The notes beneath the pieces were generated by a model. That model was given only the letters and a program-made list of their open reading frames with translations, did not search any database and was not told the origin of the DNA. Positions 40,632 to 52,455 of a stretch of DNA of 64,000 nt are shown piece by piece (position 1 is the first letter of the stretch; each line of letters begins with the position of its first letter). The position numbers and the translations under genes were made by a program. Source of the DNA: Octopus vulgaris (Eukaryota); the NCBI GenBank assembly GCA_951406725.2, contig OX597840.1:17174001-17238000 (forward strand), read 5' to 3'.

Positions 40632-40915
40632 ATTGCTGTGGTAGCAGCATCAGCAGCATTGGTAGGTTAACGAACATCGTCCTCACCTTGAAGACTGCCC
40701 ACTTCTATGTCCCAGTGGACCTAGTTTGATCATTACAGATGAGGAGGGAAGGGCAGTGGACCGCTCATAATTGACAAGGGTTTCATTGAAAGGTGGGGTT
40801 AGGCAACGGTGGCCTAGCCAGAGTTCAAGTTCTGTTAACATATAGGTGAGTGGGTTGTCTTGATAAGGTTCAACCAAGTTTAACATATTCAAATTTAGTT
40901 TCACTCAATACATGA

Positions 40916-40958
<43 letters not shown>
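40428..40958. repeat. Microsatellite cluster: (GA)n 40428-40482, (GTA)n 40602-40631, (TG)n 40919-40958
   Basis: Directly visible. Confidence 0.9.
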
Positions 40959-40959
<1 letters not shown>

Positions 40960-40975
40960 GTATTCAAGATATAAG

Positions 40976-41680
40976 TATAGCGTGGCTATGGTCAAGAAGC
41001 TTGCTTTGCAATCATGTGGTTTTGGGTTCAGTCCCATAGGGTACCATCTTTGACGGGATGACCAAAGCCATCGAGTGAATTCAGTAGATGGAAACTGTGT
41101 AGAAGCCCATTGTGTGTATGTGTGAGTTTGTCCCCAACCTCACCATTTGACAACCAGTGTTTTGCTTACATCCCCATAACTTAGCAGTTCAGCCAAAGAC
41201 ACTGACAGAATAAGTACGAGACTTAAGAAATAAGTCCTGGGGTTGACTTGTTTGGATATAGACCCTTTAAGGTGGTGCCCTAGCATGGCCACATTCCAAT
41301 AACAAACCAGTAAAAAGGTAAAAAAAGAAAAAATGTTTGCCCTAAAGTTTATTTTCAAGGCATGGCTATGTGTTAAGAAGCTTGCTTCCAAAGCACATGG
41401 TTATGGGTTCAGTCCCACTGCATGGCACCTTGGGCAGGTGTCTTCTACTATAGCCTTGGGCTAACCAAAGCCTTGTGAGTGGATTTGGTAAATGGAAACT
41501 GAAAGTGTGTGTGTGTGTATTCATGTTTGTCCCCCACCACTGCTTGACAACTGGTGTTGATGTCTTTGCATCCCTGTAACTTAGCGGTTCATCAAAAAGA
41601 GACCAATAGAAAATGTACAAGGCTAAAAAGTAGTGGTCCTGCAGCATGGCCACACTAACGCCTGAAACAAGTAACCGATA
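40976..41680 (+). mobile_element. Two tandem diverged SINE family A copies
   Basis: Heads at ~40980 and ~41358. Confidence 0.75.
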
Positions 41681-44600
41681 AAAGCATAACACACGCGAGT
41701 TACTCAGTAGAAGTCGTTTTATATGTAACTTCCAATAAAGAAAACCAGATGCTTGACTAATGGACAAACCTAAGAATTCTTGTCTCATAGAAGTTTTGTA
41801 CACAAGTAAATATAACACACTCCATCGCCATATTCCAATCACCTCGCAATCTCTTGTACATTCAAAACGGTTGACTGGTCAGACAACCTGACAAGTTGTA
41901 TGCTAACTATATCCTTGGTAGAATGTGAATCAATTATGAAACATCAAAAGCAGTTAAGTGAAACCATTCTCTTAATCTTTTAGCCTTTAAACCAGCCGCA
42001 CCCAGCCAAAATATTCTGTTTTATGTTCAAACCAATCAAGATCTGACCTCTCACACCTACCCTACAATGTCATTTAAAAAAAAAAAAAAACAATCATATC
42101 ATCAAAATCTCAAAGCTATGAGACAATGCGCAATTAATTCTAAACAATGTGAATAAATAAGGACCACATTTGATAGAATAATCTGAATGCCCTAAAGGGT
42201 TAAACAAGACCCTCACAGCACCAAATCCCCCAAGTGCGACTCATAGCTACACTTACAATTCAATCTTAAAAATTATCTGACTACTTCAAATTCACAAGGC
42301 CACTACCCCTGAGAACATCCCTTCCATAACCCTCAGTAATGCAACCCAGAGCTAAGCCCTCTTTACAGAGATAGATCCCAATTTTGAGGAATACAGTATT
42401 GTATACCATCCCTTGCTTTTGTCCCGGCCAATTAATCTCCTCTTATACTCACTTCCAACACATAAAAAGTTGACAACCATCAAAAACCTTATTTACCTTG
42501 AAACTCCTTCCCTTCCGACCACCAAAAAAACTTCCAGGAGACCAGATCTATTAGGGCCCTACTTTCCTCTGTAACCAGGGTGCCCTTGCCTCCACAGAAA
42601 TTTAAAATAGTGTTGTTGGCTTCACCTTCAATGTTTTCTCTTTTTCAACAAGGTCTGGTGGACAAAGCTGTCCACACATATACTCATCTGTCCTTCAGGT
42701 CTTGACCAGACAGACTGACCACAGTAATGCAACCAGTGCTGATGGAACTAACACTCCATTCTGGTGTGGCCATGGGTTCAAGTTTTGTCCAACTTCACAT
42801 AATGACCTACTTATTGTCCACTCGCAACACCTACTCTGATAATACCCCTCCTTCATGCAACAGGCATGTCAAATTGTCACTGACTCCATGAATACATACT
42901 GCCCCAGGCCAGAAACATCCTCCAGTGGGTCATAGTGATGCCATCTCCTACAAATGATTACCGCATCATATCACAAAGATAATGCACCTTGTCCCTCCTT
43001 TAAATCTAAAGCACACACCAAGAACCCACACAGCTGGTCCAAATGCTAAACCTCACTCACTACCACTTATGACTTCTGCTGGGGAATGCATATCCTGAAC
43101 ACAGTAAAGACTCCATCTCAAAGACTGGCCTTCAAGTCCAGAAAACACTTCCTTTGTAACAGGTACATCATGAGATCTTGTCCTCGTTGCAATGTGATGG
43201 CTCAAGGGCTTCACCTCCAAGATTCAAACATCTCCTGTAAACCATATAGCTGTTCTCTGTGTGTGTGTGTGAGTGTGTGCGTAAAACAAGATAGCTTTCA
43301 GAGGTACACCTACAACCTGATGGTACTACCTGTACCATCGGGTTGTAGTTGTACTAAATTCAAGTGTTAAAAATAATTAATCAGAAAAAAAAAGATGGAC
43401 AATACCATGTACTAGAATTAAGTATTCAAGACCATTCCTTTACAACAGTTACTGCAAGACTTTCAGAAGGGTATGCCTAACAAAAAATTATTGTGGTTGC
43501 CCATACCTGCTTTGGCAGGTAAATACACCATTTATAAAATAAGTGTTCTTGTTAACAATTGGGTGAAGTAAGAACAAGATGGAAACCTGGAAAAGGAGGG
43601 GGAGGTTCTCTCAGAAATGAAAACATCTGCAGTAAATTTAAACTAGGTTCAACTGGTGGAGGCCCACTTCAGCCCACTCACCAGTAGTTACATAAATCAC
43701 TGAATCACTGCAATTAATTTCAAAGAGTTAATTAGAACTTGCAGTGGAAATTATTAAAAGTAGATTACTTGAGGACAAAGAAATATACAAGTGCGTATAG
43801 TGTGAGTGAGTGTATAGTGTGCATGTAATGTGTGTGCGTATGAATGTATATATGTGTGTGTGTGTGTGTCTTATGTACATGGAGGACTACTTGAGAAGTA
43901 GATGACAGCTTTTATTAAGGTTTCTGAGAACACTTCATAGAGCAATTATTTTAAGACTTTTTTTTTTGTTGGCCTCTAATGGAGGAAGGGAGAGAGAGAG
44001 AGAGAGAGAGAGATGTGTGTAAAGAGTGGTAGCTACAAAGGGAGGAAGAGAAAGGGAAGCAGTCTTAATAATTACTCAATTTTCTTATTTCTTTTATGCA
44101 TCAACAAAACTTTTGTATCAGGGTTAAAAGAAAAGCTGGAATTAAAAATATTACTTGACATTGGCAGCACAATACCATAAAAGTTTGTGGAGGGAAGGGT
44201 CTAAATCGTCTAAAATCTTATCCCTAGCACTCTGTTGTATAGGCCCTCCTACCAGTGAGATTTGAACCTAGTACAAATGGACCAGAACAAAATAGTATAA
44301 AACATTTAACTCAATGCTCTACCCTTTCTGTTACTCCACCAAACCTCTGTAGAGATTAACAACAGAGAGAAAGAGGATTTAATAATTTCAAATTTTGGAA
44401 CAACAATTTAAAGGGAGATGGTTGGTGGATAACACTGACGCGCCCCTCCCTCAGTATTCAACTGGTACTTATTTTATCAAACCCCAAAAAATAAAAGTGA
44501 AGTTGAATTCAGCAGAATTTGAACTCAGGTGGGAAAAGTTCCACTGCATTTTGTCCAACGTCAAACAATTCTGCCAGTTGGTCATCTTAAAAGAAAATGG

Positions 44601-45422
44601 TCTTCATTAGTCATACAGTTATTTATGGACAAAGGAAGATCATTGCATTCTTCAAAGAATTGGTCTCAATTTGGAAAGTGGAAAAATATTGCTATAAGTC
44701 TAAGCATGTCAGCATGCTGTCAAAGCTATTTCAACTACTGCTGCTTTACAAAAATAAAAGATGAAAGAATATTGATCATAAAAATAAGAGAAACAACAAA
44801 TAAACAAAAACAGCAACTTAAAACCATAAACTGAAGAAGCAAACATCCACTTAAAACAGATTTGCCAGTAAAACATAATGGTAAAACAAAAAATTAACTG
44901 TTACTAGAAAATCAGGGTAAAACAAAGGCCGGTGAATAAATGTTATAGAATTTGACAATCCAAAGACGGGGGTAGGGGTATCCAAAAAAAAAAAAAAATT
45001 CTGTAGAAAATATTAAAAAAATAAACGAAACGGACAAACAAAATGTAGAAATAATTATGTGAGACATAATCCAACAGAAATGATTCTATATTTATAAAAG
45101 TATGTTTAAAGATAGCTTCACTGAATAATTTCAAGGTTGTCAACCTATAATTGATGGTGATGGTGGTAGGGAGAGGAGTGCATGTTGATAAACCGAAAAA
45201 TAGCGACCTCAGACATGGATTTCTTCTACTTGCACAATTGGGACAACGCAATTCTTGCAAATAAGGACAAGTCACAGAGGACATCTAAATACTTTTTAAA
45301 TAATCTGATTAACATGGAGTATTTAACCAACAGACTTCAAAGCCCGACTACAGAGGCTTTCTAATTGGAGTCGTACGCTACAGCGGGCCACCTTCACAAC
45401 TGTTTGTCATTCCTCAAGGTAC

Positions 45423-45473
45423 CCCTTTAACGGCATCGCCTTGACTGTCAACTCCCTGAGGTTCTCTAGCCAT
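45423..45473 (-). CDS. Candidate alternative first coding exon (MAREPQGVDSQGDAVKG)
   Basis: aaacATGG start context, 17 open codons, phase-0 donor GGG|gtacct (weak), downstream of a promoter-like CpG-rich patch. Confidence 0.25.
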
Positions 45474-46063
45474 GTTTCTTTTCTCGAGAGAAACTGGGAA
45501 CAGCCCTTTCCTTTCAAATACAACCAGGTTCAATGATGCAAGCATCAGGTCGCCGACATCGATATCGCGATCACCTGTCTACCATCAGTCACTCCTGACA
45601 CCACACACTTCTCTCTACCTGCCATCAAGTTATTAAACTTTAAACCAGCCACAAGCAAACTGCAGTCAGTAAGACTTTCTGAATGGCACACCGAGAGAAA
45701 AATAACCAGCTTTTTTTCTTTTTTTCTTTTTGTCTTTCTTTTTTCATATATAGATATATATATATATATATAGATTTTAAGTAGTGCGGTCCGCCCATGG
45801 CGATGAGCCATGTCTCATGTCCGCGTCACGTAAAAGGTTGCCCTGGCCTGTTTTTAAACAAACTTCAGCCGTTTAGAATTTAATAATCATACTTTTATAT
45901 AGAAAATGTATATATATGGTGATATAAATATACTTTTATAAATATAGAAAAGACGAGGAAGAAAATACAGAACGAAAAAATAAAACACTAACATGAACAA
46001 ACTAAAAATGGTGAAGATGTGAATGGATGGAAGAAAACCTAGCAGATGGTAAAAGTTACTCAC

Positions 46064-46084
46064 CTCCCCATGCCGGAATCGGAA
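46064..46084 (-). CDS. Candidate 21-nt frame-preserving microexon (FRFRHGE in phase 0)
   Basis: Minus strand: pyrimidine tract, then gttaaaaatTGCtaatttttctctcag|TTCCGATTCCGGCATGGGGAG|gtgagt. Both splice sites are strong, the length is a multiple of 3, and there is no stop in phase 0. Confidence 0.55.
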
Positions 46085-46486
46085 CTGAGAGAAAAATTAG
46101 CAATTTTTAACGGGGAAAAGAGAAAAAAAGGACAGCGAAGACATTGGAACAGTTCATAAAAAAAAAAAAGAAAACTGACCCCTTAAAATAGAAACGGTCA
46201 AAAGTTGGAGGAAAATTGACTTTTCTAATCAAATTTTATTCCTTAAAGAGTAAAAAAAGGGATAAAATGAATGATTGAATGAATGAGGTTTGAACAGAGA
46301 CTAAAAAATAAACAACAGATCAAAAACGGAAAACGAAATAAAACCATCTGTTTTTACACACTGATGCGATAAAAAAAGTTCAAGCATTGATTTAAAAAAT
46401 AAACGAAGCATATTTCTATTTTACATATAATATATAATTTATTTAACAAAACGATACTTTTTTTTTTTTGCTTTACTTGCTCTCTC

Positions 46487-46530
<44 letters not shown>

Positions 46531-48161
46531 TAATGTTAAAAAGTAGAAATATAAAAAATAACGAAAAGAAAAATAGACGAAAATTGAAATGAAAGCCTGA
46601 ATACCACAAATCCGGTTCTGGCTTTCAAAATAAAACAATGTATATGATTCATACAGTGAAGTTTTACGTAGATAAAATATTTCTGCTCAGTAACTCGAGA
46701 GACAGAAAACACATACCTATACTTATACCTATATAATATTATACAAAACACATGCCAGGCATACATTTTTCGTTACACACGCACTAATATATTACATGAA
46801 CTAAAAACGACTTAGAAAATAATTAAGCACATCAAAAACTAAATCAATAAACGACTAATATATAACATTACGTATTTTCCTGACACAACGTTTGTGCGTT
46901 TATGACATCCCCCCCCCAACACACTTCTAATTAAGCCAAGACAAATATGTAAAGGTTAAGGTTGAAACTAATATATTTAATCCTGGATTAATTATGTATG
47001 TCAGTATTATGTAAAACTAATAAAACTAAAAGTTTAATTTACAAAGTAAAAACATCTCACGTCTTAAATACTCGGGCAATTTTATTCAGAAATATATCTG
47101 AGAAAGAAAGAAAGAGAGCAGACTTTGCGGGTGGATGTCCTTTGAAGTTCCAAGCCTCATTGGGGAAAGAAAGAGTACGGAAGTGTAAAGAAAGAGGAGA
47201 AAATGAAATATAAAAAAAAAAAGGGGGAATATGTCTTAAAAATTGTGATTTCCGTTCTATGAAAAACACACAAAATACTTTCCAATGAGATATTAGACCT
47301 CGAAGGGCAGTTATTCCAAAGACTGCGCCAATAAAAGAAACTTCTTGATATCCCAGATATTATTTATACTTTTGTGACGATGGGTGACTTAGAGTTTATG
47401 TTACGGCATTGGGCTCGCCATTGCAAGGTCATGCGTTCGACTTCCCGACCAAGTGCTGTATTCTTGAACAAGACCCTTCATTTCTTTAGCACCCCATGGC
47501 TAACAACAGGAGTTGGGACTTAAAACTTGCGTCAGACTGGCGTGGCGTCCCGTCTAGGGTGGAGGGCATTCGCAAGATACCAATAGCAACGACTCGATGC
47601 TTCTATTTCAATGCAGAAAGCCAAACTTGACGCTCCATAGTGAGAAAATAAAATAAAAGGAGTCTACCTGGTCAATAGACCTGCACAACATAGTAACCAA
47701 ATAGCCCTCTATCAGTCTTTCGATGTAAAAGACATTGTACTATCATACTTATGAACTTAGATTGATCTATCATAAGCACCAGAAGTTAAAGCTAGGGCTT
47801 AACAATTTCTATAGCCTTACATGCTATGGAAGAAAATGGATTTACTTAGATCTCTGCCCAGCCAAGACCAACCAGGGCCTAAACTACTGTAAACAGCCAA
47901 AACATTTCATAAATCTTAAATTTCTTTCTACATTCTACCTTATAAAAATCATTAATATTTACCACCAATTCTCTACAACTGAAAATATAGTTTATTCATA
48001 AAGTTATAATTAAATATCTAAAATCAAAGTTACAAATTATAAAATGCCAGAAACACTGCTTCTCAACTGGGGTCCGCATAAGATTTGCTGTTAAAATTTA
48101 TGTACAAAAAACTAGTTATACCTCTAAAATACAAAATAGATTAATCTTTTTATATAATTAT

Positions 48162-48565
48162 AGGTGCAGGGTTGGCTGTGTGATAAGAAGCTTGTTTCCC
48201 AATCACATGGTCCTGGGTTCAGTCCCACTGCGTGACACCTTGAGCAAGTATCTTCTGTTGTAGAATCAGGCCAACCAAAGCTTTATGTGTGGATTTGATA
48301 GACGGAAACTGAAAGAAGCCTGTCGTGTGTGTGTGTGTGTGGTGTGTGTGTGTATATACGCACATTATATATGAATATATTTGTGTTCCCCCCCCATTGC
48401 TTGACAACCGATGTTGGTGTGCTTACGTCTCCATAAGTTAGTGGTTTAGCAAAAGAAACTGATAGAATAAGTACTAGGTTTACAAAGAATAAGTCCGGGG
48501 TCGATTTCTTTGACTAAAGGCAGTGCCCTAGCATGGCCAGTCAAATGACTGAAACAAGTAAAGGA
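48162..48565 (+). mobile_element. SINE family A
   Basis: Full copy. Confidence 0.85.
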
Positions 48566-49384
48566 ACAAAAAATTCCTAACAATATTTAATTTTGCTCTG
48601 AGGGTCGATTTCAGTAAAATAAGAACCAAAGATTAAGAAAATGGTTGGGAAACTGCTCAAACACTTCAAACGAAATCTCACTCATCCACGCCCATTTCTT
48701 GACAGCTGAACCAACGAGGAAGTATATCTAGGTCAATCGACCTGCCAGAAATAGTAACCAAATCTACCTCAAATCATGTCACACTTCAAATTTTGTCAAA
48801 GTAATCCCAAGACAAGGCAGTTAATCTTTGGTCAAATATCTGCTTAATTAGGATAAACTACAACTGAACAGCTTAACGCTAGCTGGCATTTTCACTTTCA
48901 AAACATCGACACTCCTTTTACCTTACAGTTTGAAAAACAGATATTGACGAGAAAGACTAATTACAGGTGTGACCTGATCGACACACTGGAAAACTGATCC
49001 TGCATGGCTGCTGTCCAAAGACTGAAACCAGCAAAAGACTAACCGAGCAGTGCTCTACCGCATGGCAATGTCACCAGATGTGAACAATATTTTGGTTTGA
49101 CAGCCCCCTACATCATCAATACCAAGAAATACAGACGTAGCTGACAGTACCCTCTTCTTCCAAGAAAATCCCAGAACAAATTGTAACCAACAGTTAAAAG
49201 CCAATTAAAAAATAGAATACTCTTAAATCATTTATTATACACACTCAAACCCCAACCAAGGACATATATATGTATGTGTGTATATATATATATATATATA
49301 AAGTTAATCCAAACAAGAAAACAAAAAGACAACAACGCAAGGATGTGGAACAAATAAAGTATTATTGGACGCTCAGGGAAGAAG

Positions 49385-49454
<70 letters not shown>

Positions 49455-49681
49455 CATCTATATAAAAATCTGTATAGCATTGTCATAGTTTAATTTAAGA
49501 GATTCTATAAACAGTCCACAACTCAAGTCTCAAATGAAGACCAAAATGGATTTAGCAAGACCAAAGAATTTATGGTAACCAACAAACTAAAGAAATGCTC
49601 ATAACAGGACTGACACAGTCATACATATAATACATATATATAATATATACACATGATCACTTTCAAGAATGTTTGACTTAC

Positions 49682-49693
49682 CGGTTTTGGCAT
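49682..49693 (-). CDS. First coding segment (MPKP) of a probable ERM-family (moesin/radixin/ezrin) gene; rest of the CDS lies beyond window position 1
   Basis: Minus strand reads ccgaccATG CCA AAA CCG|gtaagt: good start context, consensus donor, phase 0. Vertebrate ezrin and radixin begin with a 12-nt MPKP coding segment followed by a phase-0 intron. Only 4 codons are visible, so the family call is an inference. Confidence 0.7.
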
Positions 49694-49794
49694 GGTCGGT
49701 AGCGATGGTAAGGAATAATATTAATATCCAATGTTTATAGATTTATATCCTACTAGTCTATCTAGAAATACAGATTCCAAGTGGAAATCAAGTT
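49682..49794 (-). other. Internal exon carrying 5'UTR plus start codon of the ERM-like gene
   Basis: Acceptor cttttttctttgcag|AACTTG at 49794 (possible alternative tatttctag|A at 49761); donor CCG|gtaagt at 49682; unique non-repeat sequence. Confidence 0.7.
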
Positions 49795-50863
49795 CTGCAA
49801 AGAAAAAAAGAGAAAAAATTTTATTAAAATACAAAAAAAGTTTTTGAGGAAGTCCAAAATGACACAAAAAATACATTTAACAGTGTAAAAAGAAAAAAAA
49901 ATTGTCAAAATATTTAATTTTAAAAATCCTGAAATTTAGTTTTCAATACCTGAAAATAGATTCTTTGTGAATAATGGTTGTTAAATTGTATAAAATAGGA
50001 AATAAATTTTTTTCTTCTGATTCATAATCAATGAGGGTGGGCAGATGAAAAAAAAAACTATAACTGAAATGGGTGTTGTCAGTACAGCCTTTTGTGTCAA
50101 CACCTACTACCTCAGAAAAAAAAAAAAAAGGACTGGTTAACCCCAGTAGGATGGAAACAAACTACACAGACCCTTAAATGCTACGGTACCAATTCCAAAC
50201 CACTGCCTAAGAATGTCTTCATATTAATGAGAGCCTCTATGAGGTCACTACACCTGCTAGAAATAGCAAACAAAAACCTTGTCAAATCATACTCCACCCT
50301 TTTAAAAGGGTCATTAAATTAATGGAAAACTTTAAAATTTTTTTCTTTGAGAAAACACAGGAATGGTCACAGCTTGAATATTTTGCTCACAGGACTGTTG
50401 TTCAACAAGGACTGGTCTGGTGATTAACAATGTAGTAAACCACTGATTAACAGAAATGTTTAAAAAAAAAAATTCAGTTTTTGTTTGAAAAACAATGCAA
50501 AGTCAGTGAACAAAAAAGAAATACCAGCTAATTAAAATGAAAAAAAAAGTTTTACTTGCTAATTAGTTGAAGAGTTCTTTTTCTTGTCCAGAAGTTTTGA
50601 CAAACTAAAAACGAAGACCACGCCTAAAACTTACAGAGTAGGTTGAATTTGTGAGGTGAAATGAAAAAAAAGTCTATGAAAAGAATATATACAGAGAGCA
50701 CATAACTATGAATGAAACACTACTTAGTTATAAAGTGGAATGTGTGTGTGTGATGGGAGAGAGTAGGTTGTTGGACCTGTTAGAGAGAGAACTGCCACCA
50801 AATGTGCTTCAAACCACACCCCAACGGCTTAAATAAAGTAAAAAAAAAAAGCCACTACACATA

Positions 50864-51293
50864 CGCGCAGGTGTGGCTGCGGGCTTAAGAAGCTTGCTTG
50901 CCAACAATGCAGTTTGGGGTTCAGTCCCACTGTGCGACACTTTGAGCATGTGCTTTCTGCCACAGCCCTCGACCAACCAAACCCTTGCAAGCAGATTTGG
51001 TAGACTGAAACAAAAGGAATGCTTTGTGTAGCAAGAAGCTTGCTTCCCAACCACAAAGTTCCAGGTTCAGTCTCACTGCGTGGCACCTTGGGAAAGTGTC
51101 TACTACTATAGCCTCAGGCAGACCAAAGCCTTGTAAATGGATTTGGTTGGCAGAAACTGAAATACGTTAAAGGTAGCAAACTGGCAGAAGAGCTAGCATG
51201 TCGGGTGAAATACTTAGCAGTGTCTACTACAGCCTCGAGCCAACCAGAGCCTTGTTAGTGGATTTGGTAAGGAACAACTGAAAGAAGCCTGTC

Positions 51294-51331
<38 letters not shown>

Positions 51332-51482
51332 GTTTGTGTGTGTTTTTACATCCCCATAACTTAGTTCTGCAAAAGGAACCGATAGAATAAGGATTACAAA
51401 TAAGTCCTGGGGTCAATTTGACTAAAGGCAGTGCTCCAGCATGGCTGCAGTCAAGTGACTGAAACAACTAAAAGAATAAAAG

Positions 51483-51483
<1 letters not shown>
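50864..51483 (+). mobile_element. Composite SINE family A cluster (repeated 5' halves plus a MetaSINE head fragment)
   Basis: Heads at ~50864 and ~51025; family B head at ~51170-51220; body resumes at ~51220. Confidence 0.7.
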
Positions 51484-51526
<43 letters not shown>

Positions 51527-51788
51527 ATCTCAAGATTAATCAGCCGAAATTACTACGATGATCCGGTTCTTGACTGAAGACTGAGGGCTTCGAATGTCCT
51601 GTCTGTGTTTGTTGTATCGTCTTCTAAGTTTTTATGCGTTCTTGTCTCAGTTTGTATTTTTCTACATATCATAATATATATATATATTTACCTTTTATTC
51701 ATTTCAGTTAGACTGTAGCCATATTTTAACAGCATGTGTAGAAACGGGTCAAAATTTTATGTTTAATATGTTTATCTTTCCAGGTATA

Positions 51789-51914
51789 GAAGAGGAAGGC
51801 TGTCTCTGTAGGGCAAAAGGATCTGGACGACCACTAATATCGGAAGAGACGATCAAGCGGGTTCGCCAAAAACTCTTGCAAAGCCCCAAGAAGTCCATAA
51901 GAAGAACAAACCAG
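51789..51914 (+). pseudogene. Tc1/mariner-type transposase N-terminal HTH fragment
   Basis: Translation EEEGCLCRAKGSGRPLISEETIKRVRQKLLQSPKKSIRRTNQ has the SGRP...SPxKSxRR pattern; no catalytic domain follows. Confidence 0.7.
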
Positions 51915-52099
51915 TGAAATTGTTAACAGTGGCTGATTGGGTGGAGTCAAAAGCAGTTTTGACCCTATAGACCCAATCAGTCGCTAAAGATTTTCTGAAA
52001 ATGGCCAGTTGCAGGTACCCAGTAATACTTGAGGGACGCCCCCACACGTGTCACCTGTACCTGGAATCGGGCCTTATTAAGAATAACTGTCCCCAGGAA

Positions 52100-52455
52100 C
52101 AAAGTAGGTTCTGGGTTCATTCCTACTGCGTGGCACCTTGGGCAAATGTCTACTGTAGCCTTGGGCAAACCAAAGCCTTGTGAGTGGATTTGGTAGACAA
52201 AAACTGAAAGAAGCCAGTCATGTATGTGTGTGTGTATGTATGTATATATATGTATGTGTGTGTGTGTTTTTCCTCCAACATCACTTAACAACCGATGCTG
52301 GTGTGTTTACGTCCCCGTAACTTAACGGTTCGGCAAAAGAGACCGATAGAATAAGTACTAGGCTTACAAAGAATAAGTCCTGGGGTCGATTTGCTCGACT
52401 AAAGGCGGTGCTCCAGCATGGCTGCAGTCAAAATGACTGGAACAAGTAAAAGAGT
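52100..52455 (+). mobile_element. SINE family A (5'-clipped, CpG-intact 3' half)
   Basis: Body and tail are close to the family consensus seen across copies. Confidence 0.85.

Larger units (their letters stand above)
45300..47700. promoter_or_regulatory. CpG-retaining, repeat-poor region; candidate internal promoter
   Basis: By eye, more CG dinucleotides than the flanks; GC box CCGCCC and CRE-like GCGTCACGT at ~45790-45830. Confidence 0.4.

Noticed and set aside
40683-40904. Minus-strand ORF ending at donor-like AAG|gtgagg (40687)
   Set aside because: Phase 2, incompatible with the phase-0 ERM junction; the phase-0 frame has a stop; no recognisable homology.
42200-43240. C-rich unique-looking block as possible exons (similar blocks at 13940-14940, 34830-35060, 59120-59370)
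   Set aside because: No long open frame or good splice pair; more likely heavily decayed retroelements, whose family I cannot assign by eye.
44943-45284. Cys-rich ORF MSSVTCPYLQELRCPNC...
   Set aside because: No convincing donor, runs into T-rich low-complexity sequence, and matches no zinc-finger family I recognise.
46064-46084. Alternative reading SDSGMG(S/R), resembling a DSGxxS degron
   Set aside because: Needs phase-2 flanking exons; the only well-supported upstream exon ends in phase 0.
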